64,000 nucleotides of DNA from Dehalococcoidia bacterium (GTDB lineage: Bacteria > Chloroflexota > Dehalococcoidia > Lucifugimonadales > UBA3495): the NCBI GenBank assembly GCA_965220105.1, contig OZ244811.1, positions 1,987,136 to 2,051,135 on the forward strand, read 5' to 3'. Below are positions 40,085 to 50,807 of this stretch, one piece after another. Position 1 is the first letter of the stretch. Each line of letters starts with the position of its first letter. The position numbers were made by a program, and so were the translations under genes. Under the pieces are notes generated by a model. It was not told the DNA's origin. It did no database searches and was given only the letters and a program-made list of their open reading frames with translations.

Positions 40085-41518
40085 GTATTACAACGACGGT
40101 TGGCATGATAGGATGATCAGGGAGATAGTGAAGACCTCGGGAGGTGGGGACGGGTGATGGATGCGGCGGCTTTCGAGCAGGTGGACGGGGCCTTTCAGGA
40201 TTTTCACGCTTACTTCGCTCCGCTGTTTGGCCGCCGGGAGGCGCGGGATCACAGTCGTCATTATCTGCAGGCCCTGCTGGTGCAGTCCGGGGAGCGGCGC
40301 AACGCCGAGAATCTGTCGGAGACGGTTCCGGCGTCAGCCCGGGTGATGCAGCGGTTTCTCGCTGAATCCCCTTGGGATGATGACGTGGTCATAGGACGCC
40401 TCCAGGAGTACCTGGGATCCCGGCTGGGGCACCCGGAGGCGGTGTGGGTGCTGGACGGCAGCGACTTCCCCAAGCAGGGCAGGAAGTCCGTGGGAGTGGC
40501 CCGGCAGTACTGCGGCCGGCTGGGCAAGGTGGCCAACTGCCAGGCTGGAATGTTCCTGGCTTATGTTAGCCCGCTGGGACGGGCCCTGGTGGACAAACGG
40601 CTCTATCTGCCGGAGAGCTGGACCTCGGACACCGACCGCTGTGCGGCGGCGGGGGTGCCGGAGGAGAGTTGGAACTACCGGTCGAAAACCAAGTTGGCGT
40701 TGGAGATGCTGGAGCGGGCCTTGGAGCGGGGGCATCTGAAAGCCGGCTGGGTTGCCGGGGACGACGCCTTCAGGGTGTCGCCGTCCTTCCGGGAGGGACT
40801 GGCGGCGCTGGGGATGCGCTACGTGCTGGACGTTCCCGGCGGCACCACGGTCTGGCCGCTGGAGCCAGCCTGGACCAGTCCGGAGTATCAGGGGATCGGG
40901 CGTCCCCGCCAGCCCAGGCTGGTGGAGCGCAGTGCTGAATTGCCGGAGGAGGCCTGGCGGGAGATTACGGTGGCGGAGGGAAGCCAGGGTCCCCGCAGCT
41001 ACCAGTTCAGCGCCCAGCGGGTGCGGTCGACCAGTAAGCGGAAGCCTGGCGGAATCCACTGGGCCGTCTACCGCCAGAACCGGGACGGCAGCGAGCCCCG
41101 CTACTACCTGTCCAACGCTCCAGAGGACACCCCATTGGAGACTCTGGCCTACGTGGGAGGGTCGCGGTGGCGCATTGAAACCGAGTTCGAGACTGAAAAA
41201 AGCGATGTGGGGCTGGACGAGTACGAGACCCGCACCTGGGCGGGCTGGCATCATCACGTGACCCTGTGCCTGCTGGGCGGAGCGTTTCTCCTGAGTCTGC
41301 AACAGGCTTGGGGGGAGAAAGATGCCCCGGATCACGAGACCGCAGGTCTACCGGGTGGTCAGGGAGCTGCTGCCCCGGGAACGGTTCGGGCCGGATGAGT
41401 TGCTGCGGTGGCTGGAGCAGACCCAAGAATGCAACGAACGGGCCAGACGCTCCCACGCCAAGCGGCGCGCCGCCCTTCGCGCATCCCCGAACATCCCTCC
41501 TTGAACCGTCGTTGTAAT
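40085..41518 (+). mobile_element. IS701-family element, copy B, intact, with 4-bp CTAG target duplication
   Basis: IR TATTACAACGACGGTT at both ends. CTAG at 40081-40084 and 41519-41522. Confidence 0.9.
40154..41398 (+). CDS. IS701 family transposase
   Basis: [69 protein letters not shown] and SRWRIETEFETEKSDVGLDEYETRTWAGWHHH. Confidence 0.9.
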   Translation: MMDAAAFEQVDGAFQDFHAYFAPLFGRREARDHSRHYLQALLVQSGERRNAENLSETVPASARVMQRFLAESPWDDDVVIGRLQEYLGSRLGHPEAVWVLDGSDFPKQGRKSVGVARQYCGRLGKVANCQAGMFLAYVSPLGRALVDKRLYLPESWTSDTDRCAAAGVPEESWNYRSKTKLALEMLERALERGHLKAGWVAGDDAFRVSPSFREGLAALGMRYVLDVPGGTTVWPLEPAWTSPEYQGIGRPRQPRLVERSAELPEEAWREITVAEGSQGPRSYQFSAQRVRSTSKRKPGGIHWAVYRQNRDGSEPRYYLSNAPEDTPLETLAYVGGSRWRIETEFETEKSDVGLDEYETRTWAGWHHHVTLCLLGGAFLLSLQQAWGEKDAPDHETAGLPGGQGAAAPGTVRAG

Positions 41519-41786
41519 ACTAGTGTCCTGTATTCGTAGTTCGTCGTCTTATTCCGAGGCTTTCCAAAAGGACAGGAAAACGGATTCTTGCTTGAAGCAG
41601 AGTAACAGATCGGCGTAGGTCGTCCCTGTATTTCCCAATGAACTACGGATACACCACACTAGAGGTCTGGCCGGAAAGCCATTGGCCGGGTTTTGCACTA
41701 CTCCAAGTAGACGTATTACAGTCGTATACGGCGTGATAGTGTACGCAATACGTTTCAAGAACCCATCATTACATCGGTATTCGACG

Positions 41787-41921
41787 TCATGAAAATAACG
41801 GCTTGTGGAGAATCGGGGTTCCCGGCCAGATTTCTAGGAGGAGGAGGCAGACTATTTCGGCACGTAAGGGCATTTCCCATTTGTTGATGATTTCCCCGGC
41901 CGTGTGTTTTCTCTCGGGCAT
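41787..41921 (-). pseudogene. Possible IS3-family orfA N-terminal scrap
   Basis: GGAGGACAAGGT-ATG, then MPERKHTAGEIINKWEMPLRAE.., reminiscent of IS3 OrfA starts (MP.RK.T.EEII.KLRE.E). 44 codons only, in an AT-richer patch. Confidence 0.25.
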
Positions 41922-42226
41922 ACCTTGTCCTCCATGTTGTCCAGAATACCAATTCTGATCACGGATCGATTCTCGGAGGTCAGGTCATCTCAGGTTGATT
42001 TGCTTTGTCAGCCCTTCGGAGACACCGATGATCCAATAGACGCAAAGCGTATGAACCATGGCGATACTCGCCGCAAACAACCCTGAACGTCGGTCCTTAG
42101 AAAGGCCGTCTGCATCTTCCGTGTCCGCCACCAGCTACTTGACACTGCTCCAAAAAGGCATACATTCGCGTCACGACTAGGCGCATGATACGGAAGCGGC
42201 ATGCCACAACCGCCAAGAGGTAATCC

Positions 42227-43594
42227 ATGAACATTACCAAGCGTATTGCTGAATACGTCACCGCTACCGACATTGAGGACTTCCCACCCGATGCCATCGA
42301 AGCGGCCAAGGGAGCGATCATGGACTGTCTGGCGTGCACGCTCGCCGGCTCCCGGGAATCCCTGTCGGACATTCTTTGCCGCTACGTTGCAGCCGAGGGC
42401 TCCGCTCTCATCGCCAGCGTTGTGGGCCGGGGATTCAGGACCTCGGCGGCCAACGCTGCCCTCCTCAACGGGGCCATGGCCCACGCCCTGGACTACGATG
42501 ACATCACCCAGATTACCAAGACCCATCCCACCGCAGTTTTACTGCCCGCATCCCTTGCAGTGGCCGAGGAGTTCGGCGCTTCAGGGAAGGACATGCTGCT
42601 GGGATATATGTCAGGGTTTGAGGTCGCATGCGCGGTGGGCGAGTCCTTGAGCGAAGCCTATTACGATGACCTGGGGTGGCACCCGACCGGCCCCCTGGGG
42701 GCGGTCGGGTCGGCGGCGGCGGCCAGTAGGATCATGGCCCTGGATCCGGAACAGACGGCCATGGCCGTCTCCCTGGCGGCTTCCCAGGCATCGGGGTTGC
42801 GACAGAACTTTGGCACCATGACTAAACCATTCCACGCCGGAGACGCCGCCCGCGCCGGGGTCGTATCGGCCAAGCTGGTACGGGAAGGTTTCACCGCCAG
42901 CGAGGACGCCCTGGAAGGACGGTTCGGGTTCATTCGGGCCTTCTCTGGCGGCCAGGGTTTCGACAGCGAGCGGGTAGCACAGAACCTGGGAAACAAATGC
43001 TACCTGGTGGAGTCGGGCATCGAAATCAAGAAGTACCCATGCTGCGGCAGCGCCCACCTGGCGCTGGATGCCATCTTCGACCTGCTGTCCCAGGCCGCCA
43101 TCGACCCGGAGGCGGTGGACCGGATCGACGTGATGGTGGACTTTGATCCGCCTCGCTCATTGATCCACCCCCGTCCGGTGTCGTCGTTGGAGGGAAAGTT
43201 CAGTATGCAGTATTGCCTGGCGGCCGCCCTGCTGGACCGCCGCGTGGGGCTGCTGTCCTTCACCGACGAGCAGGTGTTGCGTCCCGAAGCACAGGTGCTG
43301 ATCCCCCGCATTGACATGCGCCGCATCCCGGGCAACGAGGGCAAGCCAAGCTGGACCGAGGGCTACCACCAGGTTGACGTACAGATGAAGAACGGAAGCG
43401 TACTCCGGCAGCAGGCGCACCGCGCCAATAGCGGAGCCCTGCGTGGCGTGACGATGGAGGATATCCGCGAGAAATTCCGGGACTGCGCCTCGCAGTTACT
43501 GTCCGAAGCGACGACGGCGGAGGTCCTGTCCCGCCTGGAGATGCTGGAAGAGGGAGAACCGGTCAGCGGCTTGGCGGACCTGCTTCGAGGCTGA
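42227..43594 (+). CDS. MmgE/PrpD family protein (2-methylcitrate dehydratase-like)
   Basis: 455 aa. AKGAIMDCLACTLAG, NGAMAHALDYDD, HPT and FHAGDAARAG are family-typical blocks. Confidence 0.85.
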   Translation: MNITKRIAEYVTATDIEDFPPDAIEAAKGAIMDCLACTLAGSRESLSDILCRYVAAEGSALIASVVGRGFRTSAANAALLNGAMAHALDYDDITQITKTHPTAVLLPASLAVAEEFGASGKDMLLGYMSGFEVACAVGESLSEAYYDDLGWHPTGPLGAVGSAAAASRIMALDPEQTAMAVSLAASQASGLRQNFGTMTKPFHAGDAARAGVVSAKLVREGFTASEDALEGRFGFIRAFSGGQGFDSERVAQNLGNKCYLVESGIEIKKYPCCGSAHLALDAIFDLLSQAAIDPEAVDRIDVMVDFDPPRSLIHPRPVSSLEGKFSMQYCLAAALLDRRVGLLSFTDEQVLRPEAQVLIPRIDMRRIPGNEGKPSWTEGYHQVDVQMKNGSVLRQQAHRANSGALRGVTMEDIREKFRDCASQLLSEATTAEVLSRLEMLEEGEPVSGLADLLRG

Positions 43595-43717
43595 AAGTGT
43601 CGAGCGGTCTGACGACATAGCCGAGTTCAGTGGTCAAGTCGGTTACACCGGAACGGGACTGATGTAATCGCGTGGATTGGCAGCGGTTACCGATACGCGC
43701 ATGGGAGTGGATCAAAC

Positions 43718-44296
43718 ATGGCTGAAGACCTTTCCGCAATCGTTGAGTCCGGAGACCCCGTCCTGATCGCTGCCGGAGGTCCCACCGAGGGCCTTCTTTG
43801 GCATACGGGCAATTACTTAACCTACGTGCGACACCGGGGAAGCATGTTGATGCGCGGGGACGGCAGCGGGGAACCCGTCGTTATTCGCACCAATACCCGA
43901 GAAGGCAGCGGTTGTACCCTGGACCGCCAGGGCCGACTCCTGTTGTGCGAAGGAGCCAACCGGCAGATTACTCGGATGGACGTCGCCGGGACCGTGACGA
44001 CGGTGGCCGACCGGTGGCAGGGAAAACGGCTCAACCGTCCCAACGACATAGTCTGCCGCTCCGACGGCAGTGTCTATTTCACCGACCCGGAACGGGGCAT
44101 ACCGGTGGAACAGCGGGAACTGGGGTTCGCCGGCGTTTTTCGAATCGCGCCAGACGACACGTTGCACGTGGCGACCGACGAGTGCGAATACCCCAACGGG
44201 CTGGCGTTATCCCCGGGCGAGTCGGTGCTTTACGTTGCGATCAGCCGCCTGGATGACCGCTGCGTCAAGGAAGCGGAACGGGGCGAAGATGGGTGA
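43718..44296 (+). pseudogene. SMP-30/gluconolactonase/LRE-like protein, 3'-truncated
   Basis: NRPNDIVCRSDGSVYFTDP, YPNGLALSPGESVLYVA. About 190 of an expected ~290 residues remain, and homology ends where a transposase fragment begins. Confidence 0.6.
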
Positions 44297-45293
44297 GCCT
44301 GATGTTGCTGACGCGTATCGGATGGGCGGGTCTACACTGGGCGCTGCCGTTTTTGACCGCGCTGGTGGTGTCGGCCCGCTACGACCGGCGCAAAGGCCGA
44401 CGACACCAGACGGTCACCGACTACCTCCAGCAGATGCTGGTCTGCCTGCGCCGGTGGCTGCCGGACCGGGACCTGGTGGTGGTGGCCGATGGCGGCTACG
44501 CCAAGCGCGAGTTCCTCCGGCATTGCCAGAGTATGTCGAAGCCCGTTGTCGTCGTCACCAAACTGCGCAAGGACGCATCCCTGTACCAGCCGCCGCCACC
44601 GCGGCGGCCCGGCCAGATCGGGCGGCCCCGGGTGGTCGGCGCGCGACTGCCCAGCCCCACTGCGGTGCGGGACGATCCCGCTACACAATGGACCCCCTAC
44701 CGCATGGACCCCCTACCGCGCCACCGGTTCCGACGGCAGTACCACCATGGTCGAGCTGACTTCGAGCGTGGCGCTGTGGTACCACGGCGGGCCCGCCGCG
44801 CCTTCCCATACGTTGGGTCGTCGTCAGATACCTGGCGGAGCGCCGCGGGCCCTATGCCTTGCTATGCACCGACACTGAGGCGGAACCGCTGCGGATATTG
44901 CAGTGGTATCTGCTGCGGTGGCAGGTCGAGGTGACCCCGTATCAAGTACGGGGCAGGCTCTTTGAGGAGCTGCGGGCTCACCTGGGCATGGAAACCCAGC
45001 GCCAGTGGTCGGAACGCGCCATCGCGCGGACCACCCCCGCGCTCTTTGGCTTGTTCAGCGTGGTGACGCTGGCGGCGGATATCCTGATCGGTCAGCAGGG
45101 TGGCATGGCGCCGCGTGCCACGGCGTGGTATGACAAGACCAGCCCTTCCTTCGCCGACGCCATCGCCCTGGTCAGACGATACCTCTGGGTGCAACCGGGA
45201 ACTTTTATGCCGTCCGAGCGCGAGCACGAATCGATAAAAGTCCCGCGCCTCTTGTACCACAGGATGCTCGACTCCCTCTCCTATGCCGCTTGA
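44293..45293 (+). pseudogene. DDE transposase (IS4/IS701-like) fragment, frameshifted
   Basis: VVVADGGYAKREF, and LRWQVEVT...ELRAHLGMETQRQWSERAIARTTPALFGLFS. A perfect 16-bp tandem duplication at 44688-44719 shifts the frame. No N-terminus or IRs were seen. Confidence 0.6.
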
Positions 45294-45299
45294 TTGTAC

Positions 45300-45531
45300 A
45301 AAGCCGAGACCTCGCGTCACGGTGATTAACACCAAAGGGAAGGTCCTGGCCAGGGTCGGGCGCGAGAGCTACGGCGACCAATCGGGGCGGTTCTATTCGC
45401 CCCACGGGATAGCCATCGACTCCCCGGGAGACCTGTACGTGGCGGAGGTATCCTGGACCGACTACGGCCGGCACATGGACCCACCCCGCGAGCTCCGCTC
45501 GATGCAAAAACTGGTTAGAGTTCCGGACTGA
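45300..45531 (+). pseudogene. NHL-repeat / beta-propeller C-terminal fragment
   Basis: GRFYSPHGIAIDSPGDLYVAEV resembles an NHL blade. About 75 residues only. Confidence 0.35.
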
Positions 45532-45559
45532 CCGGAGACTCGCAAGAGCAAATCCAACC

Positions 45560-46700
45560 TTACTCGGGTATCCCCAGGGCCCTTCGCACCGCTGCGCCGA
45601 TGGGTGTCAGCGGGCTTTCTTCGGGCAGCCCGTGAGGCACCATGCGGTTGTGGTGGATGGCGACCGCCAAACCATGCTGAGGATCAGCCCAGCCCACGGA
45701 TCCGCCGGCCCCGTTGTGGCCGAACGCGAGAGGATTGCCGCCCATGGCGCCCATGCCGGGACTGCCGGCGAAGTGGAAACCTCCGATGGTCCCGTGGTGG
45801 GGTCTCCCGTGCACCGGGTCGTAATCGCTGGGCGGACGGGGTATATGAAACGTACGAACCCGGTCCTCGGAGAGAAGCCGCACGCCGTCCAGTTCACCGC
45901 CATTGGCCAGCATGGCGTAGAACCGGGCTTGGCTCCGCGCATTCATGATCCCTTGTGCCCCTGGGATACACGCCTGGCGCACGTCGGAGCGGCCGAACAC
46001 CTCCTGGGTGTGGTCCCCACCTCAGGCGGAGTGGCCCTGAACCGCAGAGAGTCCGGGGGCAGTCCCGGAGCGCCGGGGGGGAGCAGAGGCATATTGGTGA
46101 GCTTGGCCACCCGGGATTCGACCTCAGGCGGAATGCCCGCCCACAGATCGGTGATGCCTAGGGGTTCACAGATTTCTTCCTGGATGAACTTGCCGAAGGG
46201 CCGTTGCTTTGGGTCAGTGTGGCGCACGACCTCGCCCACCACCCAGCCGAAGGTGTAGGCCATGTACCCGCTGCGGGTGCCCGGCTCAAAGAGGGGATGC
46301 ATTTCCGCGATCTGCCCTACCATCCAGTCCCAGTCGCACATCAACTCAGGGGTGACTCCCACGGGCATCAGAGGTACGCCGATGCGGTGGGTCAAGGTGT
46401 CGAAAACCGTGCCTTTGTCCTTTCCGTACTTTCCGAATTCGGGCCAGTATTTCACCACCGGTTGGTAGTAGTCCACCAGTCCCCGTTCAGCCTGAATGTG
46501 GAGGGCGGTCGCCGTCACCGCCTTGATGTTGGAAAACACCGGGAAGAGGGTGTCTCCATCGACCTGTTGATCGGTGGTCTCGTCTGCCCGCCCGCCCCAC
46601 TGGTCGATCACCAATTCGCTGTCAAGGTAGGCCGCGACCTGGTAACAGTTCAGACTTGGTGAGGTGAATTGGCCGAAGGCGGGTTGCCGAACGCTGGCAC
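45560..46700 (-). pseudogene. Serine hydrolase / beta-lactamase-family protein, frameshifted and 5'-truncated
   Basis: LFPVFSNIKAVTA (S-x-x-K) and HNGAGGSVGWADP. ORFs 45943-46614 and 45560-46000 are in different frames. The N-terminus is cut near 46720 by IS debris. Confidence 0.7.
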
Positions 46701-46730
46701 GGGTGGCGGTGGTTATGTCATATACAGGGC

Positions 46731-46915
46731 ATGGATACTGAAGTGGACCTCACCACCGTCCACCGCGATGTTCTGATTGCCATCAACGCCGAGTTACAGG
46801 CGGTGATTGAGCGGTTGCAGCGGCGGATTGCCGAACTGGAAGGCCAGGCGAAACTGGGCGGCCCGCTGCGAATGCCCGGCCACCAGCCCAGTTCGGGCCG
46901 CCAGCCGCCAGTCCA
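46731..46915 (+). pseudogene. IS66 transposase N-terminal fragment
   Basis: VLIAINAELQAVIERLQRRIAELEGQAKLGGPLRMPGHQPSSGRQP parallels residues 20-65 of 2574-3911. Confidence 0.6.
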
Positions 46916-47030
46916 CACTGTGGTCGCCAATGCGGCGGCCAATTTCAGCGCTGTCCGGCTCGGACAATATGGTCCCTGATTTTGCTCACGTCGGCTTTAC
47001 TGCCGAAATCCCTCTACCCAACCAGGGCTT
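46916..47030 (+). mobile_element. IS1182-type element 3'-end fragment
   Basis: GTGGTCGCCAATGCGGCGGCCAATTTCAGCGC(T/C)GTCCGGCTCGGACAA... matches 26578-26690 of the nested element. It is truncated by IS701 copy C. Confidence 0.7.
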
Positions 47031-48118
47031 ATTACAACGACGGTTCAAGGAGGGATGTTCGGGGATGCGCGAAGGGCGGCGCGCCGCTTGGCGTGGGAGC
47101 GTCTGGCCCGTTCGTTGCATTCTTGGGTCTGCTCCAGCCACCGCAGCAACTCATCCGGCCCGAACCGTTCCCGGGGCAGCAGCTCCCTGACCACCCGGTA
47201 GACCTGCGGTCTCGTGATCCGGGGCATCTTTCTCCCCCCAAGCCTGTTGCAGACTCAGGAGAAACGCTCCGCCCAGCAGGCACAGGGTCACGTGATGATG
47301 CCAGCCCGCCCAGGTGCGGGTCTCGTACTCGTCCAGCCCCACATCGCTTTTTTCAGTCTCGAACTCGGTTTCAATGCGCCACCGCGACCCTCCCACGTAG
47401 GCCAGAGTCTCCAATGGGGTGTCCTCTGGAGCGTTGGACAGGTAGTAGCGGGGCTCGCTGCCGTCCCGGTTCTGGCGGTAGACGGCCCAGTGGATTTCGC
47501 CAGGCTTTCGCTTACTGGTCGACCGCACCCGCTGGGCGCTGAACTGGTAGCTGCGGGGACCCTGGCTTCCCTCCGCCACCGTAATCTCCCGCCAGGCCTC
47601 CTCCGGCAATTCAGCACTGCACTCCACCAGGGTGCGCCGCTGCCCGCCCTTGAGCCTGGGTTTGCGGGGACGCCCGATCCCCTGATACTCCGGACTGGTC
47701 CAAGCTGGCTCCAGCGGCCAGACCGTAGTGCCGCCGGGAACGTCCAGCACGTAGCGCATCCCCAGAGCCGCCAGTCCCTCCCGGAAGGACGGCGACATCC
47801 CGAAGGCGTCCTATGACCACGTCATCATCCCAAGGGGATTCAGCGAGAAACCGCTGCATCACCCGGGCTGACGCCGGAACCGTCTCCGACAGATTCTCGG
47901 CGTTGCGCCGCTCCCCGGACTGCACCAGCAGGGCCTGCAGATAATGACGACTGTGACCCCGCGCCTCCCGGCGGCCAAACAGCGGAGCGAAGTAAGCGTG
48001 AAAATCCTGAAAGGCCCCGTCCACCTGCTCGAAAGCCGCCGCATCCATTCCCCTGCCTCACCTGCTCAAGTCTTCCCCAGTACCCCACCATCCTACCATG
48101 CCAACCGTCGTTGTAATA
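47031..48118 (-). mobile_element. IS701-family element, copy C, internal-deletion derivative
   Basis: Both IRs are present. The transposase N-terminus (47611-48048) jumps from ..VVIGRL to the SPSFREGLAALG region (47151-47798). About 350 bp are missing relative to copy B. Confidence 0.85.
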
Positions 48119-48121
48119 CTA

Positions 48122-48268
48122 AACTAAAGCCAAGGTGGGATGTGCATTTGCGGGGCGATGAAGATTGGCTCAGGCGCCACAGGTGGAGCTCTCCCACCTG
48201 TACTTGGAGGGCGGTCCGGCGCCGCCAATTGACTTCCTCCATATGCGGGTTTCACCTTGGCTTTAGTT
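48122..48268. mobile_element. MITE copy 2 (ISx-derived), TA-flanked
   Basis: Near-identical to 21280-21425. TA at 48120-48121 and 48269-48270. Wedged between IS701 copy C and IS630 copy 4. Confidence 0.8.
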
Positions 48269-48270
48269 TA

Positions 48271-49420
48271 GTACCGTTCCCAGATAGATTTGTAAGAATA
48301 TAAGAAAGCAGCCATACTTGGGTATGATCTTGCTGCGAGGAAGTGCCCAGCCAGGGCTGCCATCAAGTATAAAGTCAAACTGACCGAGTCCGAACGGACC
48401 GGTCTCAATGAGGTTTCCCACCGGGGCAAGCCGTCAGTCCGCACCGTCAAGCGGGCGCTCGCGCTGCTCAAAGCTGACGAAGGGCTTGGGGATCGTGAGA
48501 TAGCCGATGTGCTTTTGATCAGCGCCGCTACCGTTGCCAGAGCGCGGAAGCGGTACGTGCAGGAAGCGCACCTGATTGCCTTAGCGTGCAGCGCAGCGCC
48601 CGCAGGGCACACGCACTGGACACTCCAGTTGTTGGCCGACCAGGTGGTGGAGTTGGAGTTTGCCGATAGCAGCTCCCTGGAGACGGTGCGCCAGATGCTC
48701 AAAAAAACGAACTCAAGCCCTGGAAGAAGCAAGAGTGGTGTATCCCCAAGGTGAGCGGGGAGTTCGTGGCGCGGATGGAGGATGTGCTGGACCTGTACCA
48801 ACCGGCGTACAACCCGGAGCGTCCGGTAGTGTGTTTCGACGAGACCTCCCGGCAATTGACCGGGGAGGTGCGTCCGCCCCTGGAGGCTGCCCCGGGACGG
48901 GTGGCACGCTATGACACCGAGTACCAGCGTAACGGGACACGGAACCTGTTCATGATCTGTGAGCCGAGGGGTGGCTGGAGACCTGTGGAGGTGACCGAGC
49001 GCCGCACTGCCGTGGACTTCGCGCACCAGATGCGGTGGCTGGTGGACGAGGCATACCCTGATGCCGCGGTGGTCAGGCTGGTGATGGACAACCTCAACAC
49101 CCACCAGCCCGGCTCGCTCTACGCAGCATTTGAGCCATCCGAAGCCCGGCGCATCGCGAAACGGCTGGAGTTTCATGACACCCCCACTCATGACACCCCC
49201 ACGCACGGCAGCTGGCTGAATATGGCTGAGATCGAGTTGAGCGTCTTCAGCAGAGCGTGTCTGAACCGCCGTATCAGCGCTGAGCCGGAGCTGCGGCGAG
49301 AGGTTGCGGCGCTCGAAAGCGCGCGCAACGCAGCAAGATTAGTCATAGACTGGCGGTTTTCCACCCAAGATGCTCGTAGTAAGCTCCAACATATCTACCC
49401 TACAAAACCAGATTGAAACG
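48271..49420 (+). mobile_element. IS630-family element, copy 4
   Basis: Left end GTACCGTTCCCAGATAGATTTGTAAG directly after TA 48269-48270. The right end (..CTACAAAACCAGATTGAAACGG) is partly complementary. Confidence 0.7.
48509..49416 (+). pseudogene. IS630 family transposase with internal deletion and 15-bp duplication
   Basis: The HTH region jumps from ..ARKRYVQE straight to AHLIALACS. A7 slippery run at 48701-48707. The DDE frame 48751-49416 carries a perfect 15-bp tandem duplication at 49174-49203 (FHDTPTHDTPTHGSWLNMAEIE). Confidence 0.65.
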
Positions 49421-49565
49421 GATTCAGACCGGCGGCGAGGAGATCGGCGTTTATGAAGGTGGGGCATTCCGCCTCGTTGGGCAGAAGCTCCATAGCGAGG
49501 GTGGTTTTGCCGGCCCCATTGGGCCCGGCAATTGTGATGATTCTCTTCGCGGGGTTGTTTGTCAT
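49419..49565 (-). pseudogene. Zeta-toxin-like P-loop kinase (COG4185-type), N-terminal 49 codons only
   Basis: [49 protein letters not shown] with an intact Walker A motif. It starts 9 nt after the CoA-transferase stop and is cut by IS630 copy 4. Confidence 0.6.
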
Positions 49566-49573
49566 ACTATCCC

Positions 49574-50776
49574 TTAAACCGCTCCCGCTTCGCGCAGCGC
49601 CGCCACTTCCGCGCCGCTATATCCCAGTAGCCCGGTCAGGACGGCTTCGGTATCCTGGCCCAGGGTTGGCGGCGGCGCGAAGTTATCGGGGCTGCCGGTC
49701 TTGATGGGGTTGCCGGCGGTGCGGTAGGCGCCGGCGACTGGATGGTCGATTTCCACCACCATGTCGCGTAGCTGCACCTGCGGGTCGGCCAGGGCCTCGC
49801 CAATGTTGTTGACCGGGCCGCCGGGCACATCGTACTTCAGCAGCAGTTGCTCCCACTCGGGGCGCGGCTTTGTCATAAAGCCTGCGGTCAGGGCTTCTTC
49901 GAGCGCATCGCGGTTCTCGATGCGGGAGGGGGCGGTGGTGAAGCGTAGGTCTTCATCCATGCCCCGCAGCGCTTCGATTTCGCCGGCCATCATGCGCAGG
50001 GTCTTCATGGCGAATTCCTGGCTGGCGCAGTGAACCTGCACGTATTTGCCGTCGGAGCATTGGTAGGCGCCCACGGGCAGGTTGGACGGATGGCCGGAGC
50101 CGATGGGCTGCGGCACCTCGCCGGACACGAGGTAGAACTGCCCCAGGTGGGCTTGCAGGGAAATCTGAACGTCCAGCAGGGAGATGTCCAGGCGGCGCCC
50201 CTCGCCGGTGAACCGCCGCCCGTACAACGCGGAGGTGATGCTGAGGGCGGCCACGTAGCCGCCTACCATGTCGCCCACCGGAAAGCCCATGAACACCGGC
50301 GGCTGGCCGGGGTTGCCGGTGACGCTCATCCCGCCGCCCATGGCCTGCACGATGCCGTCGAAGCCGGGCCGCTCACGGTACGGCCCCTCTTGCCCGAAGG
50401 CCGACAGCGAGCAGGCGATGATGGACGGGTTGATTGCCTTCAACGATTCGTAGTCCAGTCCCAAGCGCTCCAGCACCGAAGGCCGGAATGCGTCGAACAC
50501 CACGTCGGACACGGCTACGAGCCGGCGGCAGACTTCCCGGCCCTCCGGCGTTCGCAGGTCTATGGTTACGCTCTTCTTGTTGCGGTTGAAGTTCAGGTAA
50601 TAGGCGCTCTCGCCGCCGAGGAAGTGGGGGCCGATGCGCCGCGACATATCCCCCACGCCGGGCTGCTCGATCTTGATTATCTCAGCACCCAGGTCGCCCA
50701 GCGTCCGCGCCGCCACCGGCCCGGCGATAGCCTGCGACATTTCGAGGATGCGGACACCCTGCAACGGAGGAGTCAT
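49574..50776 (-). CDS. Family III CoA-transferase (CaiB/BaiF-like)
   Basis: [39 protein letters not shown] plus the conserved Asp region. 400 aa. Confidence 0.9.
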   Translation of the reverse strand: MTPPLQGVRILEMSQAIAGPVAARTLGDLGAEIIKIEQPGVGDMSRRIGPHFLGGESAYYLNFNRNKKSVTIDLRTPEGREVCRRLVAVSDVVFDAFRPSVLERLGLDYESLKAINPSIIACSLSAFGQEGPYRERPGFDGIVQAMGGGMSVTGNPGQPPVFMGFPVGDMVGGYVAALSITSALYGRRFTGEGRRLDISLLDVQISLQAHLGQFYLVSGEVPQPIGSGHPSNLPVGAYQCSDGKYVQVHCASQEFAMKTLRMMAGEIEALRGMDEDLRFTTAPSRIENRDALEEALTAGFMTKPRPEWEQLLLKYDVPGGPVNNIGEALADPQVQLRDMVVEIDHPVAGAYRTAGNPIKTGSPDNFAPPPTLGQDTEAVLTGLLGYSGAEVAALREAGAV

Positions 50777-50807
50777 ACTCTCTTGCCCATCTTCACTGCT
50801 TGGTGGC

